From an uncultured Fluviicola sp. (GTDB taxonomy: Bacteria; Bacteroidota; Bacteroidia; Flavobacteriales_D; Crocinitomicaceae), in contig CAYFTH010000001.1 of assembly GCA_964346075.1 (NCBI GenBank), forward strand, positions 1 through 58,336: DNA of 58,336 bases, read 5' to 3'. The notes beneath the pieces are model-generated. The model was not told the DNA's origin, did no database searches, and saw only the letters and a list, made by a program, of their open reading frames with translations. The first letter of the stretch is position 1. Each line of letters begins with the position of its first letter. The translations under genes were made by a program, and so were the position numbers. Of the stretch, positions 47,710 through 58,229 are shown piece after piece.

Positions 47710-48930
47710 TTACATTCCCATGAGTAATAATTCGATTTCTTTGTAGCGTAAGTCAAATACTTTACCTAAAATCTCGCTCGTCAACGTTCCTTTGTACATG
47801 TAGACCCCACTTCTGAAGCCTTGATTGTTTTTAATTAATTCTTTACTTCCGCCTTTATCACCCATTTCAATCAGCACTGGGGAAAAGATATTCGAAATAG
47901 CAAACGAGGCCGTTCTAGAAACGCGGGAAGCTATATTAGGAACGCAATAATGGGTAACACCGAATTTCTCAAACGTCGGTGTCTCATGATTAGTAACCTC
48001 CGAGGTTTCGAAACACCCTCCCTGATCAATACTTACATCGATAATCACAGCGCCTGGCTTCATATTGCTAACCATGTCTTCATTTACTATACACGGTGTT
48101 TTACCGATAGGTGATCGTACTGCTCCAATAACCACATCTGCCCGCATCAGTGCTTTGGTAAGTACTTTCGGCTGTATCACGGACGTGTACAAGCGCATAC
48201 CAGCCGTTGACTGCAGCCTGCGCAATTTTCCAAGCGAATTATCAAAAACTTTTACAGAACATCCGAGACCGTGCGCTGATTGAGTAGCGTATTCACCTAC
48301 GGTTCCAGCTCCAAGTACAACAACTTCAGTTGGCTGAACACCCGCAATTCCTCCGAGCATCACTCCTTTTCCATCCCGAAAAGTGTTGAGCAGTTCGGCA
48401 GCAATAAGCACAGAAGTATTTCCAGCTATTTCTCCCATTGCCCGCACTACAGGAAAATGACCTTCGTTGTCGCGCATATAGTCCCAGGCAATCGCCGTAA
48501 CCTTTTTTTCCATTAATTTTTGCAATACCTTTTTAGGTTGCATGGTAATTTGCAATGCAGAGATTAATGTTTGGTCTGTTCCCATCATCTCAACCTCCTC
48601 CTCGATAGGCGGTGATACTTTAAAGATTATATCGCACTGAAAAATCTCTTTGCGATCGTAAATAATTTGTGCTCCTGCTTCACTGTACTCGCGATCAGTG
48701 AAATTCGAATTTTCTCCTGCACGAGTCTCGACCTTAATTTCATGACCATTAGCTACGAGTAATGAGACCGCTTCAGGAACAAGCGCTACACGTCGTTCCT
48801 GAAATGAATCTTCGCGCGGAACACCGATATTCAAACTTCCTTTTTTTCTGGCTATCTCTAACATTTCCTCTTGAGGAAGTAGACGTCCTTCCTTCATGAG
48901 GCTTCTGATAATTTCTGGATCTGTCTTCAT
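47710..48930 (-). CDS. Alanine dehydrogenase/PNT-family protein
   Basis: IGVPRE...ERRVALVP, GAGTVG, DVSIDQGGCFETS, HYCVPNI. Confidence 0.85.
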   Translation of the reverse strand: MKTDPEIIRSLMKEGRLLPQEEMLEIARKKGSLNIGVPREDSFQERRVALVPEAVSLLVANGHEIKVETRAGENSNFTDREYSEAGAQIIYDRKEIFQCDIIFKVSPPIEEEVEMMGTDQTLISALQITMQPKKVLQKLMEKKVTAIAWDYMRDNEGHFPVVRAMGEIAGNTSVLIAAELLNTFRDGKGVMLGGIAGVQPTEVVVLGAGTVGEYATQSAHGLGCSVKVFDNSLGKLRRLQSTAGMRLYTSVIQPKVLTKALMRADVVIGAVRSPIGKTPCIVNEDMVSNMKPGAVIIDVSIDQGGCFETSEVTNHETPTFEKFGVTHYCVPNIASRVSRTASFAISNIFSPVLIEMGDKGGSKELIKNNQGFRSGVYMYKGTLTSEILGKVFDLRYKEIELLLMGM

Positions 48931-49346
48931 ACGCTGGCTTCAATCAATCGACCACCTTGGTCATCTTTAGTTATAGTTATCCATACGCAAGATGGAGGCA
49001 AAAGGTTATAAATTTTTTCTGCCCATTCGATAAATATCCTGGAGTCACCATACAAGTACTCCTCCATACCAATGTCATAAGCCTCTTCTTCGAACTCGAT
49101 TCTATAGAGGTCAAAGTGATAAATCGTTCCGAAATAAGGGCTATTATATTCATTGACGAAACCATAGGTCGGTGAATTCACTTCATCAGTTACCCCCATT
49201 GCTTTGGTGAGGTATCGAATAAAGGTTGTTTTCCCCGCGCCCATTGGAGCATTAAAAGCAAAAACACTTTCATTTTGAAAAGCATTAAGCAGTTCGGTAC
49301 TAATATGAACCAGATCAGACTCTTTTTCTGCGTAAAATTTCATCAT
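48927..49346 (-). CDS. tsaE: tRNA threonylcarbamoyladenosine biosynthesis ATPase
   Basis: MGAGKTTF, VNSPTY, YHFDLYR, IEWAE. Confidence 0.97.
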   Translation of the reverse strand: MMKFYAEKESDLVHISTELLNAFQNESVFAFNAPMGAGKTTFIRYLTKAMGVTDEVNSPTYGFVNEYNSPYFGTIYHFDLYRIEFEEEAYDIGMEEYLYGDSRIFIEWAEKIYNLLPPSCVWITITKDDQGGRLIEASV

Positions 49347-49569
49347 CCCGTATTTGCATTCAAAGATACATTTTTAAAAGAACGAAGAAGGGCGCGTTTT
49401 ACAGCAAATGCTCTTCATTAATATCAGCTATCCATTTGTGGTTTCGTTTTCAAATCAAAAATGACTAAAAATAGAACGAATCAACGAAAACCTCCCCTGT
49501 TAACATTGAACCCATCCTGTTTTCATCATCGTAACCCATCCTTTAACTTTTGAAATTTTTAAGGTATTT

Positions 49570-51111
49570 CTATTTCGGCGACATTTCGATATAAGGAATG
49601 AGTAGTTCCTCCAGTGAAATGCCTCCATGCTGAAAAGTGTTTTTATAGTATTTAGAGAAATGATTGAAACGATTCGGGTAAACAAAAAAGTTGTTTTCCC
49701 TTGAAAAAACGTATGTAGAAGAGATATTATCTTTAGGCAGAAATGCATCATCCGGATTATTCACCTCAAACACATCTTTTGCTTTGTAATCCAGGTTTTT
49801 TCCAATTTTATAACGCAAATTCGTATTCGTATCTCTCGGGCCAACAATTCTTACAGGGTTATTTACTTTTACAGTTCCGTGATCAGTTGTGAGGATTACC
49901 TTCGCACCACTTGCCGCAATTTTTTTGAGAATATCTTGTAAGGGCGAATGTTCGAACCAACTTTCGGTCAATGATCGATATGCCGCCTCGTCATCTGCGA
50001 GTTCTTTGATCACTTTCATATCTGTTTTGGCATGTGAAAGCATGTCCACAAAGTTGTAAACGATTACATTCAAATCATTATTTTTCAATTGATGAAAATT
50101 TTCATTGAGCTTTTTACCAGCATTGAGATTAGTGATTTTGTTATATCCCACGTTCAGTGATTTACCGAGACGCTTTAGCTGACCTTGCAACAATTCTTCC
50201 TCAAAATTATTTTTACCACCTTCATCATCTTCTCCAACCCAGTATTCAGGGTGTTTTTGTTTAATTTGAGACGGCAATAATCCTGAAAAGAACGCATTTC
50301 TCGCATATTGTGTAGCTGTGGGCAATATAGAATAAACCATATCTTCCTTATCCAGATTAAAATATTTACCCAAGACAGGCCGCAACACCTGATATTGATC
50401 AAATCTTAAATTATCAATAACAATTAAATAAGTTGGTTGATCCAGATGCTGAGCGATACGGTCTTTAAACAAGGTATGAATCATCTGCGGCGATTCTTCA
50501 ACACCGTTAATCCAATCGAGGTAGTTATCCGCTATGAATTTGGAAAACTGCGCATTGGCTTCCTGTAACTGCATGTAAAACACCTCTTGCATTCCTTGGT
50601 CTTCAAGTGCAGAGAATTCGAGATCCCAATAAACTAACTTTTTATATAATTGAACCCACTCTTCAGCATCTAAACGGTCGGAGAGATCCATACCGATTTG
50701 TCTAAACTCTCGCTGGTAGCTTGTATTCGTTTTTTCCGATACCAATTTTCCCTTATCGAGATTCTTTTTAATGCTCAGCAGGATTTGATTGGGATTTACA
50801 GGTTTGATTAAATAATCCGCAATTTTACCCCCAATAGCTTCCTCCATTATCGATTCTTCCTCGCTCTTGGTGATCATTACCACAGGTACCAGAGGGCGTA
50901 ATTCTTTGATTTTCGTCAGTGCGTCTAACCCAGAAATGCCAGGCATATTTTCATCCAGAAAAATAATATCATAGGTTTGTACTTCACACTTTTCTACGGC
51001 TTCACTGCCACTATTTACTGTGTCAACCTCATATCCTTTCTGCTCGAGGAACATAATATGTGGCTTTAAAAGATCAATTTCATCGTCTGCCCAAAGAATT
51101 TTCACCTGCAT
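49570..51111 (-). CDS. porX: PorX-type response regulator (REC plus PglZ/alkaline phosphatase domain)
   Basis: ILWADDEIDLLKPH, FLDENMPG, IDNLRFDQ, LPTATQYARN, TTDHG, FQHGGISLEE; 513 aa. Confidence 0.92.
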   Translation of the reverse strand: MQVKILWADDEIDLLKPHIMFLEQKGYEVDTVNSGSEAVEKCEVQTYDIIFLDENMPGISGLDALTKIKELRPLVPVVMITKSEEESIMEEAIGGKIADYLIKPVNPNQILLSIKKNLDKGKLVSEKTNTSYQREFRQIGMDLSDRLDAEEWVQLYKKLVYWDLEFSALEDQGMQEVFYMQLQEANAQFSKFIADNYLDWINGVEESPQMIHTLFKDRIAQHLDQPTYLIVIDNLRFDQYQVLRPVLGKYFNLDKEDMVYSILPTATQYARNAFFSGLLPSQIKQKHPEYWVGEDDEGGKNNFEEELLQGQLKRLGKSLNVGYNKITNLNAGKKLNENFHQLKNNDLNVIVYNFVDMLSHAKTDMKVIKELADDEAAYRSLTESWFEHSPLQDILKKIAASGAKVILTTDHGTVKVNNPVRIVGPRDTNTNLRYKIGKNLDYKAKDVFEVNNPDDAFLPKDNISSTYVFSRENNFFVYPNRFNHFSKYYKNTFQHGGISLEELLIPYIEMSPK

Positions 51112-51155
51112 TGTTTGATTATTTTTAATTTTACGTCAACTTTAAATGTACAGAT

Positions 51156-52409
51156 TTGCGTCCGAAACGGAATACAAATAACAAAAAGAAAATTATTAAC
51201 GACCCCGTCTACGGTTTTATTTCACTACCGAACGACATAATTTTCGATCTTATCGAGCACCCCTATTATCAGCGACTTCGCCGCATTAAACAGCTTGGCA
51301 TGTCGCACCTGGTATATCCGGGAGCGCTTCATACCCGATTTCATCATGCGCTGGGAGCAACTCACCTCATGACCAAGGCCATTCATGCCTTGCGTCGAAA
51401 AGGTCACAAAATTACAGAACAAGAGGAAACGGGGGCATTAATCGCCATACTGCTTCATGACATTGGTCACGGACCTTTCAGTCATACGCTGGAACATGAT
51501 ATTGTTAAAAACATCAATCACGAAGCTCTCTCCAGCCTTTTTATGCAGCGTTTAACCAAGGAGTTCGATGGTCAACTGGATACAGCACTCGCCATATTTG
51601 AAGATGATTACCCCAAACCGTTTCTTCATCAACTCGTCTCAAGTCAACTTGATATGGACCGGATGGATTATCTCAATAGAGATAGTTTTTACACGGGGGT
51701 TTCTGAGGGCGTCATCGGAAGCGATCGGATTATTGCCATGTTAGACGTAAAGGATGACGAGCTCGTTGTAGAAGAGAAAGGTGTTTATTCGATAGAAAAG
51801 TTTTTAGTGGCTCGTCGACTAATGTATTGGCAAGTGTACATGCATAAAACCGTCGTTTCATCTGAAGTACTTCTCTCCAAAATACTCAAACGTGCAAAAG
51901 TCATACTACAATCAGGACAACAACTTTTTGCAAGTCCTGCATTTACACTTTTCTTATCCAATGACTTTGAATACAAAGATTTTTTGGAACGCCCCGATCT
52001 ATTGGAAGCGTTCGCAGAACTGGATGACAACGATATATTAGGAGCCGTTAAGGTATGGCAGCAAAGCGAAGACCGTGTTTTATCGTTGCTTTCAAGGCAA
52101 TTAATCAACCGTCAACTCTTTAAGATTGAAATTGCGAAAACACCATTTTCGGCAGCGCGGATTCAGCAGGAACTGACCCGTGTCCAAGACGACTTAGACC
52201 TCAATAAAGAAGAAGCGAGCTATTTCGTTCATACTGAAGTTTTGCGCAATAATGCCTATAATGAGGAAAAGGAAACGATCAATTTACTCATGAAAACAGG
52301 AGAAGTTATTGATGTCAGTCGCGCAGCGGACAACTTAAACATTCAAGCACTTTCTAGTCCGGTCCAGAAGTACTTTTTGTGCTACCCAGTTGCTAATCGC
52401 AAGAAATAA
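51156..52409 (+). CDS. HD-domain phosphohydrolase (SAMHD1/dNTP triphosphohydrolase-like)
   Basis: DPVYG, QRLRRIKQLG, HTRFHHALG, LLHDIGHGPFSH, DMDRMDYL.RD, MYWQVY.HK; TTG start uncertain. Confidence 0.92.
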   Translation: MRPKRNTNNKKKIINDPVYGFISLPNDIIFDLIEHPYYQRLRRIKQLGMSHLVYPGALHTRFHHALGATHLMTKAIHALRRKGHKITEQEETGALIAILLHDIGHGPFSHTLEHDIVKNINHEALSSLFMQRLTKEFDGQLDTALAIFEDDYPKPFLHQLVSSQLDMDRMDYLNRDSFYTGVSEGVIGSDRIIAMLDVKDDELVVEEKGVYSIEKFLVARRLMYWQVYMHKTVVSSEVLLSKILKRAKVILQSGQQLFASPAFTLFLSNDFEYKDFLERPDLLEAFAELDDNDILGAVKVWQQSEDRVLSLLSRQLINRQLFKIEIAKTPFSAARIQQELTRVQDDLDLNKEEASYFVHTEVLRNNAYNEEKETINLLMKTGEVIDVSRAADNLNIQALSSPVQKYFLCYPVANRKK

Positions 52410-52478
52410 AATATACGTTGTTAAAAAAATATACGTTATTAACCGCAGGGAGTTGGTCTCTTTTTATATTTTTGAAGA

Positions 52479-53504
52479 ATGGAATTTTCGGCAGAACAAA
52501 TCGCAGGAATTTTAGATGGACAGTTAGAAGGTGACCCGAAGGTGACGGTCACGGGCTTGTCCAAGATCGAGGAGGGAACACCGAAAACCCTCACTTTTCT
52601 TGCAAACATGAAATATGAAGAGCACATTTATTCGACCGATGCTACCATAGCCATCGTAAATAAGTCTTTTGAACCAACCAAATCCTTACCGGATTCACTC
52701 ACCTTGATTCGCGTGGAAGATGCATACAGTTGTTTTGCGCAATTGCTAGAGGTCTACAATGAGATGCGTCAAAAGGCTCCTCAAATAGAAAAAAATGCTT
52801 TTATATCGGATTCCGCAAAACTAGGCGATGACATTTACGTTGGTGCCAGTGCATATATTGGAGAAAACGCCACAATCGGCAGCAATTGTAAAATATATCC
52901 GAACACCTATATTGGCGACAATGTCGTGGTCGGAGAAGGTACCGTAATCCATCCCAATGCATCAATCTATCACGATTGCCAGATTGGAAAAAAGTGTTTA
53001 ATTCACGCTGGAGCTGTAATTGGAGCTGACGGGTTTGGCTTTGCACCTGACGAGCATGGACACTTTCAAAAAGTTCCTCAAATCGGAAATGTCATTTTGG
53101 AAGATCATGTAGATGTCGGTGCGAATAGCACCATTGACCGCGCTACTTTAGGTTCTACCATCCTGCGCACTGGCGTCAAGGTTGACAATTTGGTACAAAT
53201 TGCTCACAATGTTGAGATCGACGAACATTCCGCGTTGGCTGCTCAAGCGGGAGTAGCTGGGTCCACGAAGATTGGAAAACGCGTCATGGCTGGAGGGCAA
53301 GTTGGAATTAGCGGTCATATTAAAATAGCTGATGATACGAAAATCGTTGCTCAGTCGGGTATTCCCAGTTCTGTTAAAAAACCTAATATGACACTTATGG
53401 GCTCCCCGGGGATTCCCATTCAGGATTTCAAGAAATCATATATTGGATTCAGAAGATTACCCATGATTTTGAAAAAAATCAATGAAATGGATAAAAAAAA
53501 ATAA
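52479..53504 (+). CDS. lpxD: UDP-3-O-acylglucosamine N-acyltransferase
   Basis: Hexapeptide repeats, [26 protein letters not shown]. Confidence 0.97.
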   Translation: MEFSAEQIAGILDGQLEGDPKVTVTGLSKIEEGTPKTLTFLANMKYEEHIYSTDATIAIVNKSFEPTKSLPDSLTLIRVEDAYSCFAQLLEVYNEMRQKAPQIEKNAFISDSAKLGDDIYVGASAYIGENATIGSNCKIYPNTYIGDNVVVGEGTVIHPNASIYHDCQIGKKCLIHAGAVIGADGFGFAPDEHGHFQKVPQIGNVILEDHVDVGANSTIDRATLGSTILRTGVKVDNLVQIAHNVEIDEHSALAAQAGVAGSTKIGKRVMAGGQVGISGHIKIADDTKIVAQSGIPSSVKKPNMTLMGSPGIPIQDFKKSYIGFRRLPMILKKINEMDKKK

Positions 53505-53527
53505 GTACTGATCGAGAAGGAATAGCT

Positions 53528-54940
53528 ATGTCAGAAAAACAAAGAACCTTACAATCTTCTGTTAAAATTGTCGGTGTTGGCTTACACACTGGTAAAAAAG
53601 TAGCAGTAGAATTGTGCCCTGCACCAGAAAATCACGGATATAAATTTCAGCGAACAGACCTCGAAAACGAGCCTATTGTAGAAGCTGACGCTGATCTGGT
53701 AGTCTCAACAGAGCGCGGTACGACACTTGAAAAAAAAGGAGTCAGAATATACACTACAGAACATATTTTAGCTGCCCTCTACGGTATGCAAGTTGATAAC
53801 GCACTCATCAAATTGTCTGGCCCTGAAATCCCCATCATGGATGGTAGTGCGCTTTCTTATGTTCAGGCTATCGAGGAGGCAGGTTTTGCGGAACAAAAAG
53901 CAGAGCGCGAATACCTGGAGCTCGATGAGAATATTCCCTGGGAGGATGAAGAAAAAGGAATCGAATTTTTAGCAGTTCCAGACAAGGAGTACCGCTTGAC
54001 GGTCATGGTAGATTATAACTCACCTGTCCTCGGTACGCAACATGCTACGATTTATAAAATTGGAGAATTCAGAGATCAAATTGCCCAATGTAAAACTTTT
54101 GTATTCCTGCGCGAATTAGAGTATTTGGCAAAAAATGGCTTGATTAAAGGTGGTGATGTCGACAACGCAATTGTTTTGGTTGAACGCGATGACGTGAGTC
54201 AGGAAGAGCTCGACTACCTCGCAAAATTGCTGGGTAAAGAAAATCTCAAAATAGAGATCAAAGGAATCGGTACGCTGAATAATTACGAAATGAAATTTCA
54301 GAATGAACCAGCTCGTCATAAATTACTGGATATTGTCGGTGATTTAGCGCTAGTTGGTAAACCCATAAAAGCACATATTCTGGCGGCACGCCCGGGTCAT
54401 TCAGGAAATACACGTTTTGCTAAAGTGCTGAAGCAAAAAATCAAGGAGCAAAAACATGCTCCTAAAAAGTTTGATCTCGATCGCGAGCCTCATTTTGATA
54501 TCAACGCTATTGAAAAAATGTTGCCTCACCGCTATCCCTTCTTGTTGGTTGATAAAGTAATGGAAATCACGGATGATACCATTATTGGTGTAAAGAACAT
54601 CACAATGAATGAACCCCAATTCACGGGCCATTTCCCCAACAACCCTGTATTTCCAGGTGTCTTGCAGATTGAAGCGATGGCGCAATGCGGAGGAATTTTT
54701 GCACTAAGTAAGTTAGAAGAACCTCACCTCTACTCTACTTATTTCATGAAGATTGACAACGTTAAGTTTAAGCAAAAAATACTTCCAGGTGATACGGTAG
54801 TATTCGAATTGAAGTTGTTATCATCCATACGCAGAGGACTTGTAAATATGGGCGGTAAGGGATATGTTCGTGGTAAACTTGTTGTAGAAGCGGAAATGCT
54901 CGCTCAAATCGTAAAAGACAAAAAAGAGGATGATCAGTAA
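53528..54940 (+). CDS. lpxC: Bifunctional LpxC / FabZ
   Basis: GVGLHTG, TEHILAAL, HKLLDIVGDL (LpxC); LPHRYPFLLVD, GHFP, EAMAQ (FabZ). Confidence 0.97.
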   Translation: MSEKQRTLQSSVKIVGVGLHTGKKVAVELCPAPENHGYKFQRTDLENEPIVEADADLVVSTERGTTLEKKGVRIYTTEHILAALYGMQVDNALIKLSGPEIPIMDGSALSYVQAIEEAGFAEQKAEREYLELDENIPWEDEEKGIEFLAVPDKEYRLTVMVDYNSPVLGTQHATIYKIGEFRDQIAQCKTFVFLRELEYLAKNGLIKGGDVDNAIVLVERDDVSQEELDYLAKLLGKENLKIEIKGIGTLNNYEMKFQNEPARHKLLDIVGDLALVGKPIKAHILAARPGHSGNTRFAKVLKQKIKEQKHAPKKFDLDREPHFDINAIEKMLPHRYPFLLVDKVMEITDDTIIGVKNITMNEPQFTGHFPNNPVFPGVLQIEAMAQCGGIFALSKLEEPHLYSTYFMKIDNVKFKQKILPGDTVVFELKLLSSIRRGLVNMGGKGYVRGKLVVEAEMLAQIVKDKKEDDQ

Positions 54941-55706
54941 ACTCGCTTCTATATCATCTGGTGCAACAATAGCAGACCAAGTAACCATTGAGCCTTTCAC
55001 TACGATTTGCGAAGATGTAGAGATCGGCGCTGGCTCTCATATTGGTCCTAACGTGACCATCTATCCAGGTACACGCATCGGAAAGCATGTAACCATTTTT
55101 CCAGGGGCCGTTGTTGGAGCCATTCCTCAAGACCTCAAGTTTGGCGGAGAATATACAACGGTTGAAATTGGTGATCATACCACTATTCGCGAATGTGTGA
55201 CGATCCATCGTGGCACGCGTGATAAAATGAAAACTGTTATCGGTTCGCATTGTCTCTTAATGGGTTATGTCCACATTGCTCACGACTGCATACTGGGAGA
55301 TCATGTTATTCTCGCAAATTATACCGGTCTTTCAGGTCATGTCCAAATTGATGATTATGCCATTTTAGAAGGAAAAGTCGCCGCACAACAGTTTATGCAT
55401 ATAGGAGCTCATTCATTTATTGCGGGTGCTAGTTTAATTCGAAAAAATGTCCCACCTTTCGTACGAGCTGCTCGTGAGCCATTGAGTTATGCAGGAATAA
55501 ACGCAGTGGGAATGCGCAGGCGAGACTTTACAGAAGATGACATTAAGCTCATTGAAAATATTTATCGCATCCTATTTGTTCAAAACAACAACATCTCAAA
55601 AGGATTGGAATCTTTAAAATCTGAACTTGAGCATTCGCCACTAAAAAAGATGGTCATTGATTTTGTTGAAGAAAGCGAGAAAGGCATCATTCGCGGGTTA
55701 TTGTAG
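54930..55706 (+). CDS. lpxA: UDP-N-acetylglucosamine O-acyltransferase
   Basis: Hexapeptide repeats, PQDLKF, IRECVTIHRGT, HIAHDC. Confidence 0.97.
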   Translation: MISKLASISSGATIADQVTIEPFTTICEDVEIGAGSHIGPNVTIYPGTRIGKHVTIFPGAVVGAIPQDLKFGGEYTTVEIGDHTTIRECVTIHRGTRDKMKTVIGSHCLLMGYVHIAHDCILGDHVILANYTGLSGHVQIDDYAILEGKVAAQQFMHIGAHSFIAGASLIRKNVPPFVRAAREPLSYAGINAVGMRRRDFTEDDIKLIENIYRILFVQNNNISKGLESLKSELEHSPLKKMVIDFVEESEKGIIRGLL

Positions 55707-55736
55707 CATCATAAAACATTGTAAATTTTACTCAAA

Positions 55737-57179
55737 ATGATTAAACGCGGAGAAGTCATCACTGTGTCGATTGAAGACATGGCATATGGAGGAAAAGGAA
55801 TTGCACGTATGCATGATGAAAAAGGTGCATATATCATATTTGTACAAAACACATTCCCGGGACAGCAAGTATTAGCACGCGTACATAAAAAACGCAAAAA
55901 ACACGCAGAATGTAAATTATTAAAAGTCCTCGAACGTTCTCCGATGGAGCGTATCTCTTCCTACCAGGAAATTAGCGGTGCTCCATATATCCATGTTCCG
56001 GTTGAACTTCAACAAAAATACAAGAAAGCGGTCACTTTAGAACTTTATCGGCGTATCGGTGACCTGCAACATATATCTGATTTGTTTGACCAATTTATTC
56101 CATCCCCTATCAACTACCACTATCGTAACAAAATGGAGTATTCCTTTTCATGCATCGAACACGATATTGTGGAAGATGAGGAAATAGATGATGCTTTTGC
56201 ACTTGGGTTTAAACACCGCGGTACGTGGTGGAAAGTTGAAAGTCTTAACAAGGCCTCTGGACTATTTGATGAAGAGTGGGAGAATTTTCTATCTTCTTTT
56301 CGACTCCATTTAGAAGCTTCCGGACTCCCCGCCTGGCACTCACCTCAGAAGAAAGGTTTTTTTAGACATATTGTTGTTCGCAAGTCGTTCCACCAAAATC
56401 AGTTACTAATTAATCTGGTCACGTCTTCTCAGGGACTGGAAAACTTCGATGTTCATGCTGCTGGACAGTTTTTGCAAGAAAAAATGGGAGATCGCATTGC
56501 CGGATTTCAACACACCATTAATGACAACGTCGCTGATCGGGCGAAAATAGAAAATGGTAATTGTGATTTGATTTTTGGAAAGGATCATGTTGTAGAATCG
56601 TTAAATGGATTGTTTTTTGAGATCAGTATGGAAAGCTTTTTCCAGACAAATCCACAAAGTGCAGAACGACTGTACAACTTAGCTTTAGATTATGTTTTTG
56701 AAGGTAATAAAGACTATTCAGGTCGAGTGATTATGGATTTATTTTGTGGAACGGGCACGATTGGTCAACTCCTGTCTCAGCGAACGGATGAAGCTAATAT
56801 TATTGGAGTTGATATCGTGGAAGAAGCCATAGAGGATGCTCGACGCAATGCCAAAAGAAACAAGATTGACAACATCACGTTTCACGCAGCTGACGTTGGA
56901 AAGTTTTTACGAGCTTACCCACAGTATATCGACAAAATTGACACCATTGTTTTGGACCCGCCACGGGCAGGCATTGCACCTAAAACCCTCAAAAAGGTGA
57001 TTGCCCTTAATGCTTCACGTATCGTTTATATTTCGTGCAATCCATCTACGCAAGCAAGAGATATCAAAACACTCGAGGAAAACGGTTACACTACAAAAAA
57101 AATCAGTCTGGTCGATCAATTTCCGCACACGAGTCATATCGAAGCTGTGGGTCTTTTTGAAAAAGAAAAACAGCATTAG
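55737..57179 (+). CDS. rlmD: 23S rRNA (uracil-C5)-methyltransferase RlmD
   Basis: TRAM N-terminus, YRNKMEYSF, SFFQTN, DLFCGTG, LDPPRAG, YISCNPST, DQFPHTSHIE. Confidence 0.93.
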   Translation: MIKRGEVITVSIEDMAYGGKGIARMHDEKGAYIIFVQNTFPGQQVLARVHKKRKKHAECKLLKVLERSPMERISSYQEISGAPYIHVPVELQQKYKKAVTLELYRRIGDLQHISDLFDQFIPSPINYHYRNKMEYSFSCIEHDIVEDEEIDDAFALGFKHRGTWWKVESLNKASGLFDEEWENFLSSFRLHLEASGLPAWHSPQKKGFFRHIVVRKSFHQNQLLINLVTSSQGLENFDVHAAGQFLQEKMGDRIAGFQHTINDNVADRAKIENGNCDLIFGKDHVVESLNGLFFEISMESFFQTNPQSAERLYNLALDYVFEGNKDYSGRVIMDLFCGTGTIGQLLSQRTDEANIIGVDIVEEAIEDARRNAKRNKIDNITFHAADVGKFLRAYPQYIDKIDTIVLDPPRAGIAPKTLKKVIALNASRIVYISCNPSTQARDIKTLEENGYTTKKISLVDQFPHTSHIEAVGLFEKEKQH

Positions 57180-57325
57180 AAAAGTTTTGAGACTTACACA
57201 AGTACTATGTTTAGAGCGCTAAGAAGGATGATCCAAAATAAATTGATTTTTTTTGAAACCTTCTATTTTAATCTCCGTTATAGAAAACAACGGATCAATT
57301 ATTAACTTCTACAGGTTAATTAATT

Positions 57326-57355
57326 AAGAGGCTGTCTTTCGAGGCAGCCTTTTTT
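57326..57355. terminator. Terminator between convergent rlmD and patatin genes
   Basis: AGGCTGTCT-TTCG-AGGCAGCCT plus T-run. Confidence 0.85.
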
Positions 57356-57359
57356 AGTT

Positions 57360-58229
57360 CTATGATCGCCATTGATCCATTAGTTGCTTAAAAGTAGGTT
57401 TCTGCGTCTCAATAAATGCCTCTGCATCGTCCATGAGCGCTTGTATATTTTCAGGAGAGGCTGCATCCATAGCTTGTTCCGCACTACTTAGGCTGGGTTG
57501 AAAACGATGATATATAAGTTGATTTTCCCGTTTCTTTTCTTTCTCCAAAAGCGTTTGATGAACGCGATCAACCTCTATTTCCATATCGTCATAGTTGGCG
57601 CCCGTCAACTGACCAGTACCGAGACTTACCAGTATCAGTAAATCATCAGGGAAAATCTTACGTGCGTACTCAAATGCAATTAGACTCGGATTTTTAGCTG
57701 TTTCGATGCCATCTATCAGGCGATGCTTTCCAATGATAACTGGATCGAAATATTCAGGAACGGCACTGCATGCGGCTAATGATTGGGCTAGTGAAATGTT
57801 TCTATACTTTTTATTTTCACATGTAAATAGAAAAGGTTGTCTGTTCGCCATATCATAACTAACGAACGCAAATTGTGTTGACAGATCTTTAAGCGCGACT
57901 TCGCCATAATTCTTAGCCAGTATTCCTGCCAGCACATTGGACTTTCTTCCTTCCTCATCAAATTGAAATAACTGCGGTCCTTTTGAAAGGTAGAGGTTTA
58001 AAATATTCTCCGGAAGGTATTTATAGCGACCAGACTCTTTCACAATTAAGGAAGCTGCTATGATAGCTCCGGTAGATGTTCCAGAAACAAAGTTTAAAGC
58101 GTGATTAATGCTGTGATCAATGCGCTCTCGTATTACGAGTCTATTCAAATGGCTAAGCACCATTAACGGCAAAATGCCGCGAATACCGCCGCCATCAATT
58201 GATAATAAAATGCGCTTTTTTACTGCCAT
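57360..58229 (-). CDS. Patatin-like phospholipase
   Basis: DGGGIRG, GTSTG, LIDG, LVSLGTG. Confidence 0.92.
   Translation of the reverse strand: MAVKKRILLSIDGGGIRGILPLMVLSHLNRLVIRERIDHSINHALNFVSGTSTGAIIAASLIVKESGRYKYLPENILNLYLSKGPQLFQFDEEGRKSNVLAGILAKNYGEVALKDLSTQFAFVSYDMANRQPFLFTCENKKYRNISLAQSLAACSAVPEYFDPVIIGKHRLIDGIETAKNPSLIAFEYARKIFPDDLLILVSLGTGQLTGANYDDMEIEVDRVHQTLLEKEKKRENQLIYHRFQPSLSSAEQAMDAASPENIQALMDDAEAFIETQKPTFKQLMDQWRS

Noticed and set aside
57360-58229. Patatin as a CBASS CapV-type defence effector
   Set aside because: No CD-NTase or other defence gene is visible and the context is housekeeping; sequence upstream of the gene is cut off by the window end.
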